From positions 7,703 through 71,702 of the forward strand of contig DATKCA010000239.1 in NCBI GenBank assembly GCA_035544675.1: a stretch of DNA of 64,000 nt. Reading direction: 5' to 3'. Positions 18,827 through 28,428 of the stretch are shown piece after piece. Below the pieces are notes generated by a model that saw nothing but the letters and a program-made list of their open reading frames with translations, did not search any database and was not told the origin of the DNA. Both the position numbers and the translations under genes were made by a program. How positions within the stretch are numbered: the first letter of the stretch is position 1; every line of letters starts with the position of its first letter. This stretch comes from Thermoanaerobaculia bacterium (GTDB taxonomy: Bacteria > Acidobacteriota > Thermoanaerobaculia > Gp7-AA8).

Positions 18827-19717
18827 ATGATCACCTCGATGACAGGCTTCGGCCGCGCGTCGGGCGCGCTCTCGGCGCGTTACTTCGCCGCCGTCACGGC
18901 CAAGAGCGTCAACCACCGCTTTCTGGAGACATCCGTTCGTCTGCCCGAATACATGTGGGAGCTGGAGCCGGCGCTGCGCGCGCTGTCATCGGAGATGTTC
19001 TCCCGCGGCAAGGTGGACCTCTCCGTGCGCATCCAGCGCACGCAACAGCCTGACTACAACGTCCGCATCAATGAGCAGATCGCGGCCAAAGTCGTCCCCC
19101 AGCTCAAGACCATCGCTCAGGAGCTCGGCCTCGGCCAGACGTTCTCGGGCAGCGATCTTCTCCGTGTGCCCGACCTGCTTCAGGTCGAGACGCTGGACTC
19201 CGAGATTCAGGATGAGGAGCGGGACGCGCTGGCGGCGTTGACGCGCGAGGCCTTCGCGCAGGTCACGACGATGCGGAAGCGGGAAGGGGACGCGCTGCAG
19301 GCCGACATCACAGCGCGGGTGAATGCGATCCGCACCCTCCAGGACGAGCTGGCCGTCCACCGGGACGCCATTTGCGCCGAGCTGCTGGCCACGTTTCAGC
19401 AGAGAGTCCAGGAGATCGCGGCCGCGGCCGGCATCGAGGTGTCGCAGGACCGCATTGCCCAGGAAGTCGTGATGATGGTGGAAAAGGGCGATATCGCCGA
19501 GGAGCTGACGCGGCTCACGCATCACATCGAGCAGGTGGAGAAGGCCATGACCGGGCCCGATGCGGCCGGCAAGAAGCTCGACTTCCTTTCGCAGGAGATG
19601 CTGCGGGAGATCAATACGATGGGCTCGAAGTCGCGCACGGCGTCGATCCGGACCCTGGTTGTAGAATTGAAGACCGAGGTCGAGCGGATCCGCGAACAGG
19701 TACAGAATGTCGAGTAA
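18827..19717 (+). CDS. yicC: YicC-family stress-induced protein
   Basis: MITSMTGFGRA N-terminus and a C-terminal DUF1732 motif (LDFLSQEMLREINTMGSKS). Confidence 0.85.
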   Translation: MITSMTGFGRASGALSARYFAAVTAKSVNHRFLETSVRLPEYMWELEPALRALSSEMFSRGKVDLSVRIQRTQQPDYNVRINEQIAAKVVPQLKTIAQELGLGQTFSGSDLLRVPDLLQVETLDSEIQDEERDALAALTREAFAQVTTMRKREGDALQADITARVNAIRTLQDELAVHRDAICAELLATFQQRVQEIAAAAGIEVSQDRIAQEVVMMVEKGDIAEELTRLTHHIEQVEKAMTGPDAAGKKLDFLSQEMLREINTMGSKSRTASIRTLVVELKTEVERIREQVQNVE

Positions 19718-20393
19718 CTTTCACTCTGACGGGACTTTATTCATTGTTTCGGGCCCGTCAGGCGCCGGGAAGACGACACTCATCAACGCCGTCCGCAGCG
19801 AGCTCGAGCCGATCGGCATCCGGCTCTACTTCTCGGTCTCCCACACGACACGCACGGCCCGCTCCGGCGAGATCGATGGCAAAAGCTACTATTTCGTTTC
19901 CCATGAAGGGTTTCGGTCGATGATCGACCGCGGGGAATTTCTCGAATGGGCTCACGTTCACGAGCAGCAGTACGGAACCTCGAAGGCCGAGGTCGAGGCC
20001 AGGCTGCAGCGCGGCGAAGACGTCATCCTCGACATCGATTACCAGGGGGCAAAGCAGATTGCCGACAATGGCGATCTAAAAGAGCGGAAGCTGAACGTCT
20101 TCATCTTTCCGCCCTCGCTCGACGTGCTGGAGCAACGCCTCAGGGATCGCGGACTCAACACCGAGCAGGAAATCGACACGCGGCTGCGAAAGGCGATCGA
20201 CGAGATCGACGCCGGCAACGAGTTCTACGACTACATCATCATCAACGACAGCCTGAAGGTGGCCACCGACTGCTTGAAGGCGGCCATCATCGCAAAGAAA
20301 CTTCAGACCAAGACGGCGATCGCAGCCATCACCAGGATGGCCGAGCGCTTCAAGGAGGAACGGGATGGAAAACTTACCCGAGGGCGTGGATAG
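19707..20393 (+). CDS. gmk: Guanylate kinase
   Basis: P-loop GPSGAGKTT and HEQQYGTSK motif; the long C-terminal tail overlaps the rpoZ start by about 29 nt. Confidence 0.85.
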   Translation: MSSNFHSDGTLFIVSGPSGAGKTTLINAVRSELEPIGIRLYFSVSHTTRTARSGEIDGKSYYFVSHEGFRSMIDRGEFLEWAHVHEQQYGTSKAEVEARLQRGEDVILDIDYQGAKQIADNGDLKERKLNVFIFPPSLDVLEQRLRDRGLNTEQEIDTRLRKAIDEIDAGNEFYDYIIINDSLKVATDCLKAAIIAKKLQTKTAIAAITRMAERFKEERDGKLTRGRG

Positions 20394-20574
20394 CAAATTC
20401 CGGTATGTGCTGCTGGTGTCGAAGAGAGCCGAGCAGCTCATTCACGGTGCCCAGCCCAAGATCAAGTCGAAGCACGCCAAGCCGACGCGCGTGGCGATGG
20501 AAGAGATCGAGAAGAACCAGATCAAGTGGCAGCTCGCTCCGCCGGTCGAAGAGACCACCGCCCTGGAGGAGTAG
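20365..20574 (+). CDS. rpoZ: DNA-directed RNA polymerase subunit omega
   Basis: KFRYVLLVSKRAEQL omega signature; 69 aa. Confidence 0.8.
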   Translation: MENLPEGVDSKFRYVLLVSKRAEQLIHGAQPKIKSKHAKPTRVAMEEIEKNQIKWQLAPPVEETTALEE

Positions 20575-20672
20575 GCTCCTCTGTCATCCTGAGCGCGGTG
20601 GGTGCGGCCGCGCCACAGTAGATCCTTCGCTCCGCCCCTGAGCCCTCCCGCGCTCAGGATAAACTGCCCGAC

Positions 20673-21854
20673 ATGAAGATCGTCCTGGGAGTCAGCGGCG
20701 GCATCGCGGCGTACAAGGCGCCGGAGCTGGTGCGCCGTCTCCAGGATGCCGGGGCGGACGTTCGAGTCATCCTGACGCCGAACGCCGCCCGTTTCGTTTC
20801 CCCCCTCGCCCTTGCCACCGTCTCGAAGCACGGCGTGGTCCTGGACCAGTGGGGCGATCCCGGGAAGGGTGGGGTCGATCACATCGAGCTGGCCCGCTGG
20901 GCCGAGCTGCTGCTGATCGCGCCGGCCACCGCGAACATCATCGCCAAACTCGCAGTCGGAATCGCCGATGAGGCGTTGTCCACCTACGCCATCGCCCATC
21001 GCGGCGCCGTCATGATGGCGCCGGCCATGAACTGGGCCATGCTGCAGCATCCGACCGTCGTTCAGAATCTCCAGACGCTGCGGAGTCGCGGCGTGGCGAT
21101 GATCGACGCGGAGACCGGTTACCTGGCCGAGGGCGAAGAGGGTGAGGGGCGGCTCGCCGCTGTGCCGGCGATCGTCGAGCGCGTGAAGATGCACTTCGGA
21201 GCGCGGGACCTGGAGGGCCGGAAGATCCTCGTGACGGCCGGCCCCACGCGCGAGCCGCTCGACCCCGTCCGCTACCTCTCCAACCGCTCCTCCGGAAAAA
21301 TGGGCTACGCCATCGCCGACGCCGCGCACCGGCGTGGCGCCGCGGTCACCCTCATCTCAGGACCGACCTCCATTCCCGTTCCGGCCGGCATTGAACTGAC
21401 TCGCGTGACCACCGCCGCGGAAATGCACGAGGCGGTGATGAGAGGCGCGGCATCGCATGGGATCGTCATCAAGGCCGCCGCGGTGGCCGATTTCTCCGCC
21501 GCAACTGTCGCCGGCAGCAAAATCAAGAAGGGCGATCGCGACGGGATGACGGTCGAGCTCAAACGCAATCCCGACATCCTCGCCTCGCTGGCCTCGCTCT
21601 CACCGCGGCCGTTCGTCGTCGCCTTCGCCGCCGAGACCGAGGCCGTGGAGGAGAACGCCCGGCAGAAGCTGGAGAAGAAGTCGGCGGACCTGATCGTCGC
21701 GAACAACGTCGGCGACCAATCGATCGGATTCGACTCCGATGAGAACGAGGTGTTGATCATCGCCCGCGACGGCGCGGCCACGAGGGTCGACAAGGCGCCC
21801 AAGATCGTGGTGGCCAACCGCATCCTCGATGTCGTGGTCGAACGGCTGCGATGA
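20673..21854 (+). CDS. coaBC: Bifunctional phosphopantothenoylcysteine decarboxylase / phosphopantothenate-cysteine ligase
   Basis: Flavoprotein N-domain (ILGVSGGIAAYKA) and CoaB C-domain (VTAGPTREPLDPVRYLSNRSSGKMG). Confidence 0.9.
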   Translation: MKIVLGVSGGIAAYKAPELVRRLQDAGADVRVILTPNAARFVSPLALATVSKHGVVLDQWGDPGKGGVDHIELARWAELLLIAPATANIIAKLAVGIADEALSTYAIAHRGAVMMAPAMNWAMLQHPTVVQNLQTLRSRGVAMIDAETGYLAEGEEGEGRLAAVPAIVERVKMHFGARDLEGRKILVTAGPTREPLDPVRYLSNRSSGKMGYAIADAAHRRGAAVTLISGPTSIPVPAGIELTRVTTAAEMHEAVMRGAASHGIVIKAAAVADFSAATVAGSKIKKGDRDGMTVELKRNPDILASLASLSPRPFVVAFAAETEAVEENARQKLEKKSADLIVANNVGDQSIGFDSDENEVLIIARDGAATRVDKAPKIVVANRILDVVVERLR

Positions 21855-22528
21855 GCGATCTTCTGAGCGACCTGCTGCTCCTGCGCGAGTTCGGCTACAC
21901 GCACCTCGATGTTCCGGATGGAGCGCGGGTGCCCTCACTCGCGCCGCCGGCCGCGGGTGAGGACACCCGCGGCTCCACATCTCTCGAGCAGCTCGCTGCC
22001 GTTGCCTCGGTCTGCACGCGCTGCCGCCTGGCCACCACGCGCACGCAGGTCGTCTTCGGCGTCGGGAACTCCAACGCCGATCTCATGTTCATCGGCGAGG
22101 CGCCCGGCCGCGACGAGGACCTCAAAGGCGAGCCGTTCGTCGGCCGGGCCGGCCAGCTTCTCACCGACATCATCAAAGCCATGAAGCTGACGCGCGATGA
22201 CGTCTACATCGCGAACGTGATCAAGTGCCGGCCGCCCGAGAACCGGAACCCGGAGCCGGACGAGCTCGACGAGTGCCGCCCGTACATCCGCAGCCAGATC
22301 GAGATGATCAAGCCGAAGGTGATCGTGACCCTCGGCAAGGTCGCGCTGCAGAGCCTCAGCGGCCGCGCGCACGCCATCTCAGCGGCACGCGGTCAGTGGA
22401 CCGAGCTCGACGGAATCAAGGTCATGCCCACCTACCATCCCGCCTACCTTCTCCGCACCCCCTCGGCCAAGAAGGACGTCTGGAACGACATGAAGAAGGT
22501 GATGTCCGAGCTCGGGATCGACGCGTAA
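21851..22528 (+). CDS. Uracil-DNA glycosylase, family 4
   Basis: CTRCRL...VFGVGN...[23 protein letters not shown]; ATG overlaps the coaBC stop. The N-terminal segment ([21 protein letters not shown]) is a translated family-B palindromic element. Confidence 0.8.
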   Translation: MSDLLSDLLLLREFGYTHLDVPDGARVPSLAPPAAGEDTRGSTSLEQLAAVASVCTRCRLATTRTQVVFGVGNSNADLMFIGEAPGRDEDLKGEPFVGRAGQLLTDIIKAMKLTRDDVYIANVIKCRPPENRNPEPDELDECRPYIRSQIEMIKPKVIVTLGKVALQSLSGRAHAISAARGQWTELDGIKVMPTYHPAYLLRTPSAKKDVWNDMKKVMSELGIDA

Positions 22529-22599
22529 GCGTCGGTGCGCGCTCGCTCTGGCCGGCGTCGCGTTCTACACGTGGAAGAGGCGTGTATCCTCGGCGCCCG

Positions 22600-25035
22600 A
22601 TGTCCAACGGGCTGGCCCGCTACGCTGAAGTTGCTGTCCCGGTTGCCGTCTACGGCACGTTCACCTACTCCATTCCTGAGCACCTCCGCGACGGCGTTCG
22701 CCTCGGATCCCGCGTCGAGGTGCAGATCGGGACGAAGACCACGACGGCGTTCGTCGTCGGGCTGATGGACGACGCCGCGATCGATGCGGCGGCCATCAAG
22801 CCTCTCCGCTCCGTGCTCGACGAGGACGAGCCGCCGCTGATCCCCGATGTCATCCAGCTCTGCCGCTGGGCGGCCGAGTACTACATCGCGCCACTCGGCG
22901 AGATGCTGCGCGTGGCGCTGCCGGCGAACATGGGCGCGCGCAGCCGTCGCGAAGTGGCGTTCGCCGGCACGGACGAGATGATCGAGTCGGCGATCGCGTC
23001 GAGCAGAATCCTCGAAGCCGACCTGGCGGTCCTGACCGAGCTTCGCAGGCGGCCGCTCCAGCTCTCCACGCTCGTGGGTGACATGGGCGTTCCGCGCAGC
23101 GCCATCGATCGCCTGCGCGCCTCCGGTCTCGTGGCCGTGAACGACCGTCTGCAGGATGCCAGGGGCGTGCGCTTCGACCGCTTCGCCATCCTGGAGTCGG
23201 TGGCCGGCCCATTGCCGCCAAAGCAGACGGCGGCCGTGGAGATGCTGGAGGCGCGGGGCGGCGAGCTGTCGATGAAGGCGCTGGAGCACGGCGGTGTGAG
23301 CGCCGCCGTCATCGGCGCGCTGGTGAGGAAAGGCGTCGTCCGCATCGAGCGACGTCCGCGCCGGCACACTCTGGACGCCTTTCTGGCAGGACTGGACGCG
23401 GCATCGGCCGGCGAGCTGCGCCACTCCGATCAGCAGCGTCGCGCCATCACCGCCATCGAGTCGGCGCTCGGCTCGTTCGCGCCGTTTCTGCTCGAAGGAG
23501 TGACCGGAAGCGGCAAGACCGAGGTGTACATCGAGGTGATGAGGGAGGTGGTGAAGAGGGGAGAGCAGGCCCTGCTGCTCGTGCCGGAGATCTCGCTCAC
23601 ACCGGTGTTCGCGTCACGGCTGCGGGAGCGGTTCGGCGATCGCATCGCCATCCTGCACAGCAGCCTCTCGGCGAGCGAGCGATACGACCAGTGGTGGCGG
23701 ACGCACCGGGGCGACGTCGACGTCGCCATCGGTCCGCGCTCGGCGCTCTTCACGCCCTTTCAGCGCCTGGGGATCATCGTGGTCGACGAAGAAGGCGACG
23801 GCGCGTACAAGCAGGAGGAGACGCCGCGCTACAACGCGCGCGACCTGGCCGTCGTCCGGGCCCGGATGCGCGACATCCCCGTCGTGCTCGGGTCGGCCAC
23901 GCCGTCGCTCGAGAGCCGCGAGAACGCCGCACGCGGCAGGTACACGCTGGTCGAGATGAAGGAGCGAGTGGAAGCGCGGCCTCTGCCGGAGGTGGGCATC
24001 ATCGACCTGCGGAAGGAGCGTGCCGAGAAGGAAGACCGCGGCATGGTCATCTTCAGCACGCCTCTCAAAGAGGCGTTGCGCGCGACGTTCGCGGCAGGGG
24101 AGCAGGCCATCATCCTCATCAATCGCCGTGGCTACGCGCCTTACCTGCTCTGCCGCGAGTGCGGACACGATTTCCGCTGCCGGGACTGCAGCGTCACGCT
24201 CACGGTTCACCGCCGCGTGGGCCTGCTCATGTGCCACTACTGCGGATTGCGCCGGCCGATCCCGTCGCGCTGCCCGCTGTGCAACGGCGAGGTGCTGCAG
24301 CCCATCGGGTTCGGGACGGAGAAGGTCGCCGAGCGTTTCATCCGCGATTTCCCTGATGTGGCCGTGGAGGTGCTCGACCGCGACTCCACGCGAAAGAAGG
24401 GGGAGCTCGTCCGTATCCTCGACCGCTTTCGCCGGCAGGAGACGCAGGCGCTGATCGGCACTCAGATGCTGAGCAAGGGACATCACTTCCCCAGCGTCAC
24501 GCTCACCGCCGTCCTCAACGCCGACTCGATCCTCGGATATCCCGACTTCCGTTCCGCGGAGAAGACGTTCTACCTGCTCACGCAGGTGGCCGGACGGTCA
24601 GGGCGCGGCGAGCTGGTGGGGAAGGTGCTGATTCAGAGCGCGTTTCCGCAGCATTACGCGATCCAGCACGCCACGCGACACGACTACGAGGCGTTCTACG
24701 CGTCCGAGATCCAGTTCCGCCGGACGTTTCACTACCCGCCGGTCACGGCCATGATCGCGCTCGTGTTCAAGGGGACGAACGTCGAGCTCGTGGAGCGCGC
24801 CGCGGTCGAGTGCGGGAGCTCACTGGAAGAGGCGGTGCAGCCGCTGGCCGGCACGCGCGTGCAGGGGCCCGCGCCCGCGCCGCTGGCACGGATCAAGGGC
24901 GTGTGGCGTTATCACATCCTGCTGCGCTCCCCGCAGCGTGTGGCGCTGCGGCGGGCGGTGGACGCGGTCGTGACGAGGAAGAAGTGGCGGGGGGTGGATG
25001 TGGCGATCGATGTGGATCCGCTGAATATGCTCTAA
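22600..25035 (+). CDS. priA: Primosomal protein N' (replication restart helicase PriA)
   Basis: Walker A GVTGSGKTEVY, DEAD-like DEE box, Cys-rich zinc-binding region (CRECGHDFRCRDCSVTL...CHYCG...CPLCNG) and C-terminal helicase motifs. Confidence 0.85.
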   Translation: MSNGLARYAEVAVPVAVYGTFTYSIPEHLRDGVRLGSRVEVQIGTKTTTAFVVGLMDDAAIDAAAIKPLRSVLDEDEPPLIPDVIQLCRWAAEYYIAPLGEMLRVALPANMGARSRREVAFAGTDEMIESAIASSRILEADLAVLTELRRRPLQLSTLVGDMGVPRSAIDRLRASGLVAVNDRLQDARGVRFDRFAILESVAGPLPPKQTAAVEMLEARGGELSMKALEHGGVSAAVIGALVRKGVVRIERRPRRHTLDAFLAGLDAASAGELRHSDQQRRAITAIESALGSFAPFLLEGVTGSGKTEVYIEVMREVVKRGEQALLLVPEISLTPVFASRLRERFGDRIAILHSSLSASERYDQWWRTHRGDVDVAIGPRSALFTPFQRLGIIVVDEEGDGAYKQEETPRYNARDLAVVRARMRDIPVVLGSATPSLESRENAARGRYTLVEMKERVEARPLPEVGIIDLRKERAEKEDRGMVIFSTPLKEALRATFAAGEQAIILINRRGYAPYLLCRECGHDFRCRDCSVTLTVHRRVGLLMCHYCGLRRPIPSRCPLCNGEVLQPIGFGTEKVAERFIRDFPDVAVEVLDRDSTRKKGELVRILDRFRRQETQALIGTQMLSKGHHFPSVTLTAVLNADSILGYPDFRSAEKTFYLLTQVAGRSGRGELVGKVLIQSAFPQHYAIQHATRHDYEAFYASEIQFRRTFHYPPVTAMIALVFKGTNVELVERAAVECGSSLEEAVQPLAGTRVQGPAPAPLARIKGVWRYHILLRSPQRVALRRAVDAVVTRKKWRGVDVAIDVDPLNML

Positions 25036-25596
25036 CTACGCGATCGGCTTCAGCATCCTGTTGTCGACCGGATTCTCCAGCACGACCAGGCCGGCCATGA
25101 GCCGCTCGTCGAGGGAGGGGTCGGCTGCGCGCGCCAGCGGGAGCGTCCTGTCGACCGCCGAGAGCACCGTCAGCAGCGCGCCGTAAAGCGGCTCCGAGCG
25201 CGAGCGCTCGAACAGATGAAACGGATAGCGCCGGCCGAACGTGGTCGGATCCACGTTCTTCAGGTTCGCCACCGCGTGGTCGAGAGACCACTGGATCCGG
25301 TTGCTCAGCTCTGACGGAAACCCGTTCGCCCGCGTGTGCTTTGCTGCCTCGGCCAGACGATCGACGGCGCGGCAGACGTTGCGCAGCTCCGTCTCGATGG
25401 GACCACGCCGCGCATCATCGGAAGAGAGCGCCGAAAACGACGTCATCAGCTTTCCGAGCCGCCCGCGGACGTCGTGATCGAGTTTCCACACGATCCACTC
25501 GATCGACGGGACATGGCGCATCCGCTCGTTCCCGCCTGCGGTCTCGAGAACGGCCGGTGCCGCTGCTGTCGCTTCAGTTGCCAGCTGCTGTTCCAT
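25036..25596 (-). CDS. Hypothetical protein, no recognisable domain
   Basis: 186-aa ORF convergent with priA and touching its stop. An alternative start at about 25521 would give more room for the divergent accA promoter. Confidence 0.35.
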   Translation of the reverse strand: MEQQLATEATAAAPAVLETAGGNERMRHVPSIEWIVWKLDHDVRGRLGKLMTSFSALSSDDARRGPIETELRNVCRAVDRLAEAAKHTRANGFPSELSNRIQWSLDHAVANLKNVDPTTFGRRYPFHLFERSRSEPLYGALLTVLSAVDRTLPLARAADPSLDERLMAGLVVLENPVDNRMLKPIA

Positions 25597-25613
25597 TTGT
25601 TAGGGTCACCGCC

Positions 25614-26567
25614 GTGAACGGCGATGCGACGCAATTCGAAGAGCCGATCCTCGCGATCAGGCGCCGCATCGACGAGCTGACCGCGATGGAGGCTGAGCCC
25701 GCGCGGCAGGCTGAGATTGCCGAGCTCCAGACGAAGCTTACCAAAGTCTCGACCGAAATCTACGCTTCCCTGACTCCGTGGCAGAAGACGCTCGTGGCCC
25801 GGCACCCCCAACGTCCCTACACGCTCGACTTCATCGCGCTGCTGACCGACGAATTTACGGAGATTCATGGCGACCGCAACTTCGCCGACGACGCCGCCAT
25901 CGTCAGCGGATTCGCCCGATTCCGCGGCCAGCCCTGCGCCGTCCTGGGCCACCAGAAAGGGCGGAACACGAAGGAGAAAGTCATCCGCAACTTCGGGCAG
26001 CCCAAACCCGAGGGCTTCCGCAAAGCGTTGCGGGTGATGAAGCTGGCCGAAAAGTTCAAGCTGCCCATCCTCACCTTCATCGACACGCAGGGCGCGTATC
26101 CGGGCGTGGGCGCCGAAGAGCGCGGGCAGGCCGAGGCCATCGCCGTGAACCTGCGCGAGATGGCCGCGCTCAGAGTCCCGATCATCATCACCGTCATCGG
26201 GGAAGGCGGAAGCGGAGGTGCGCTGGCTCTCGGTGTCGGCGACCGCGTGTTGATGCTCGAGCACGCTGTCTACTCGGTGATCTCCCCGGAAGGGTGCGCC
26301 GCGATTCTGTGGAAGAACTCGTCGGCCGCGCCGGATGCCGCCGCGGCCATGAAGATCACCGCCCAGGACCTCAAACGCCTCGGGATCATCGACGAGATCG
26401 TGCCCGAGCCGCCCGGCGGCGCGCACAGCGATCCCGCCGGCGCCGCCGAGCTGCTTGCGCCGGTGCTGGAGAAGGCGCTCAAAGAGGTCTCCAGGACCAA
26501 AGCGTCTCTACTCCCTGAAGAGAGATACAAGAAATTCAGGAAGATGGGCGTGTTCGAGAAGGGGTGA
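25614..26567 (+). CDS. accA: Acetyl-CoA carboxylase carboxyltransferase subunit alpha
   Basis: [16 protein letters not shown]-terminus and [18 protein letters not shown]...[10 protein letters not shown] motifs; GTG start. Confidence 0.85.
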   Translation: MNGDATQFEEPILAIRRRIDELTAMEAEPARQAEIAELQTKLTKVSTEIYASLTPWQKTLVARHPQRPYTLDFIALLTDEFTEIHGDRNFADDAAIVSGFARFRGQPCAVLGHQKGRNTKEKVIRNFGQPKPEGFRKALRVMKLAEKFKLPILTFIDTQGAYPGVGAEERGQAEAIAVNLREMAALRVPIIITVIGEGGSGGALALGVGDRVLMLEHAVYSVISPEGCAAILWKNSSAAPDAAAAMKITAQDLKRLGIIDEIVPEPPGGAHSDPAGAAELLAPVLEKALKEVSRTKASLLPEERYKKFRKMGVFEKG

Positions 26568-26569
26568 AC

Positions 26570-26660
26570 GGCAGCGGAAACCGGTAACCGGAAACCGGCA
26601 ACCGGGGGCGATCTACGGTTTCCGGTTTCCGGTTTCCGGTTATTACCGGTTACCCTTCAT
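26570..26660. repeat. GGAAACC/GGTAACC heptamer palindrome
   Basis: GGAAACCGGTAACCGGAAACCGGCAACCGG-GGGCGATCTAC-GGTTTCCGGTTTCCGGTTTCCGGTTATTACCGGTTACC. Confidence 0.8.
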
Positions 26661-26663
26661 CGA

Positions 26664-28328
26664 GTGATCTACGATCGCTGGATCCCCGCAGAGGTGCCCC
26701 CGAACGGCTCCATTCCGATCACCCAGCCCACCCTCCGGTCGGTGTTCCTGCGCCGCGGCATCGACGATGACACCAAGTTCCGGCAGTTCGTCTCCCCGTC
26801 GGTCGACGACCTGCACGACGCGCGCGGGATCCACGGAGTCGACCACGCGTGCGAGCGCATCGCCCGCGCCATCCGCGACGGTGAGACCATCCTCATCTAC
26901 GGCGACTACGACGTGGACGGAGTCACGTCGATCGTCCTTCTGCAGACGGTGCTCCGCTCGCTGGGCGCTGAGGCGGGGTTCGTCGTCCCTCATCGCCTCG
27001 TGGACGGATACGGGCTGAAGATCGAAGTGCTCGAGCGCGTGCTCGCGGAGCGCGACGTGAAGCTCGTCATCACGGTCGACTGCGGGATCACCAGCGTGGA
27101 GCCGGTGCGGATGGCCATCGAGCGCGGCATCGACGTCATCATCACAGACCATCATCTGCCGCCGGGGCTGCTGCCCGACGCAGCGGCGGTTCTGAATCCG
27201 AAGCAGCCGGGATGCGACTATCCGTTCAAGGAGCTGGCCGGGGTCGGCGTGGCTTTCAAGCTCTGCTCGGAGCTGATCCGCCGGAGCGGGAGGAAGATCT
27301 CGCTCCAGTCGCTGCTGAAGATCGCCGCGATCGGCACCATTGCCGACGTGGCGCCGCTGGTCGGAGAGAACCGCACCATCGCGCAACTGGGGCTGGACGG
27401 TCTCTCCGAGAGCAGGAATCCGGGACTGCGCGCAATGCTGCGGCGGCTCGGTCTGCACGGCAAGCCGCTTCGCGCGTCGGACATCGGGTTCAAGGTCGGG
27501 CCGCGCATCAACGCGGCGGGCCGGCTGGCGTCGGCAGACACGGCCATCGATCTGTTCGCGGCTCGCGACGAGGAGAGCGCCTGGACCATCTGCGCCGAGC
27601 TCGACCGGTTGAATGCCGAGCGTCAGCAGATCGAGGCCACCGTGCGCGAGGCGGCGCAGTCCCAGATGGCAGGCGGCGAGCGCGTGCTCGTCCTGGCCGG
27701 CGAGGCGTGGCACAAAGGAGTGCTCGGACTCGCCGCCGGCAGGATCGCGCAGCAGGTTCACCGTCCCACGCTGGTGATCTCGATCGAGGGAGAGCGATGC
27801 GTCGGCTCGGCGCGCAGCATCCGCACCATCGACCTCTATTCACAGCTTGCCGCGGTTTCCGATCTGTTCACTCACTTCGGCGGTCACGAGTTCGCGTGCG
27901 GCTTCTCGCTCCCGGCGACGAACCTGCCGGCCTTGAGGGCGCGGCTCGGCGAACGGTTCGCCACGCTGGAGGGCGATCTCTTCCGCCGCGATGCCGTCGT
28001 GGAGGGTGACCTGTCGCTGGCGGAGTTCGACCGTGAGTTCGTCATGGCGCACGAACTGCTGCAGCCATTCGGGGCCGCCAATGATCAGCCTCTCTTCATG
28101 GTGCGCCGGGTCCGTGTGGAGTCGCGCCGTACCTTCGCCGCGGACTGCTGTGAGCTCACCGTACGCGACAGCAGCGGGAGCGGCATCGCCGTGGTGTGGC
28201 CCTCCGTGAAGCAGCTGGCGGCAACACCTCCGGCGGAGCAGCACGATCTGTTGGTGCGGATCGAGCCCGACAGCTGGTCGCGCACGGGCGGCCGGCTGGC
28301 CGTATGTGACGTCCGGCCAGCGGAATAG
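26664..28328 (+). CDS. recJ: Single-stranded-DNA-specific exonuclease RecJ
   Basis: DHH motifs (IYGDYDVDGVTS, ITDHH), DHHA1 domain, GGHEFACG motif; GTG start. Confidence 0.9.
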   Translation: MIYDRWIPAEVPPNGSIPITQPTLRSVFLRRGIDDDTKFRQFVSPSVDDLHDARGIHGVDHACERIARAIRDGETILIYGDYDVDGVTSIVLLQTVLRSLGAEAGFVVPHRLVDGYGLKIEVLERVLAERDVKLVITVDCGITSVEPVRMAIERGIDVIITDHHLPPGLLPDAAAVLNPKQPGCDYPFKELAGVGVAFKLCSELIRRSGRKISLQSLLKIAAIGTIADVAPLVGENRTIAQLGLDGLSESRNPGLRAMLRRLGLHGKPLRASDIGFKVGPRINAAGRLASADTAIDLFAARDEESAWTICAELDRLNAERQQIEATVREAAQSQMAGGERVLVLAGEAWHKGVLGLAAGRIAQQVHRPTLVISIEGERCVGSARSIRTIDLYSQLAAVSDLFTHFGGHEFACGFSLPATNLPALRARLGERFATLEGDLFRRDAVVEGDLSLAEFDREFVMAHELLQPFGAANDQPLFMVRRVRVESRRTFAADCCELTVRDSSGSGIAVVWPSVKQLAATPPAEQHDLLVRIEPDSWSRTGGRLAVCDVRPAE

Positions 28329-28356
28329 CGCTCACCCGGCACAAGTTGCGTCGGTG

Positions 28357-28417
28357 TGGAGCGCCGCTGCCCGGGCGGCCTCATGGGAAGACGCCGCGCG
28401 GGTCGGCGGCGCTCCAC
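28357..28417. repeat. Family-C palindromic element (GTGGAGCGCCGC ... GCGGCGCTCCAC)
   Basis: 12-nt perfect inverted repeat with a loop of about 36 nt, directly downstream of recJ. Confidence 0.7.
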
Positions 28418-28428
28418 CAGATACCTCC

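Noticed and set aside
18755-18830. C-terminal 25 codons of the as-read DUF374 ORF (…GPKDEGGRMKDERVERSHPSSFNLHPSNA)
   Set aside because: This is a translation of the AAGGATG palindromic element. The conserved C-terminus is obtained only after a -1 shift at the A10 run, ending at 18754.
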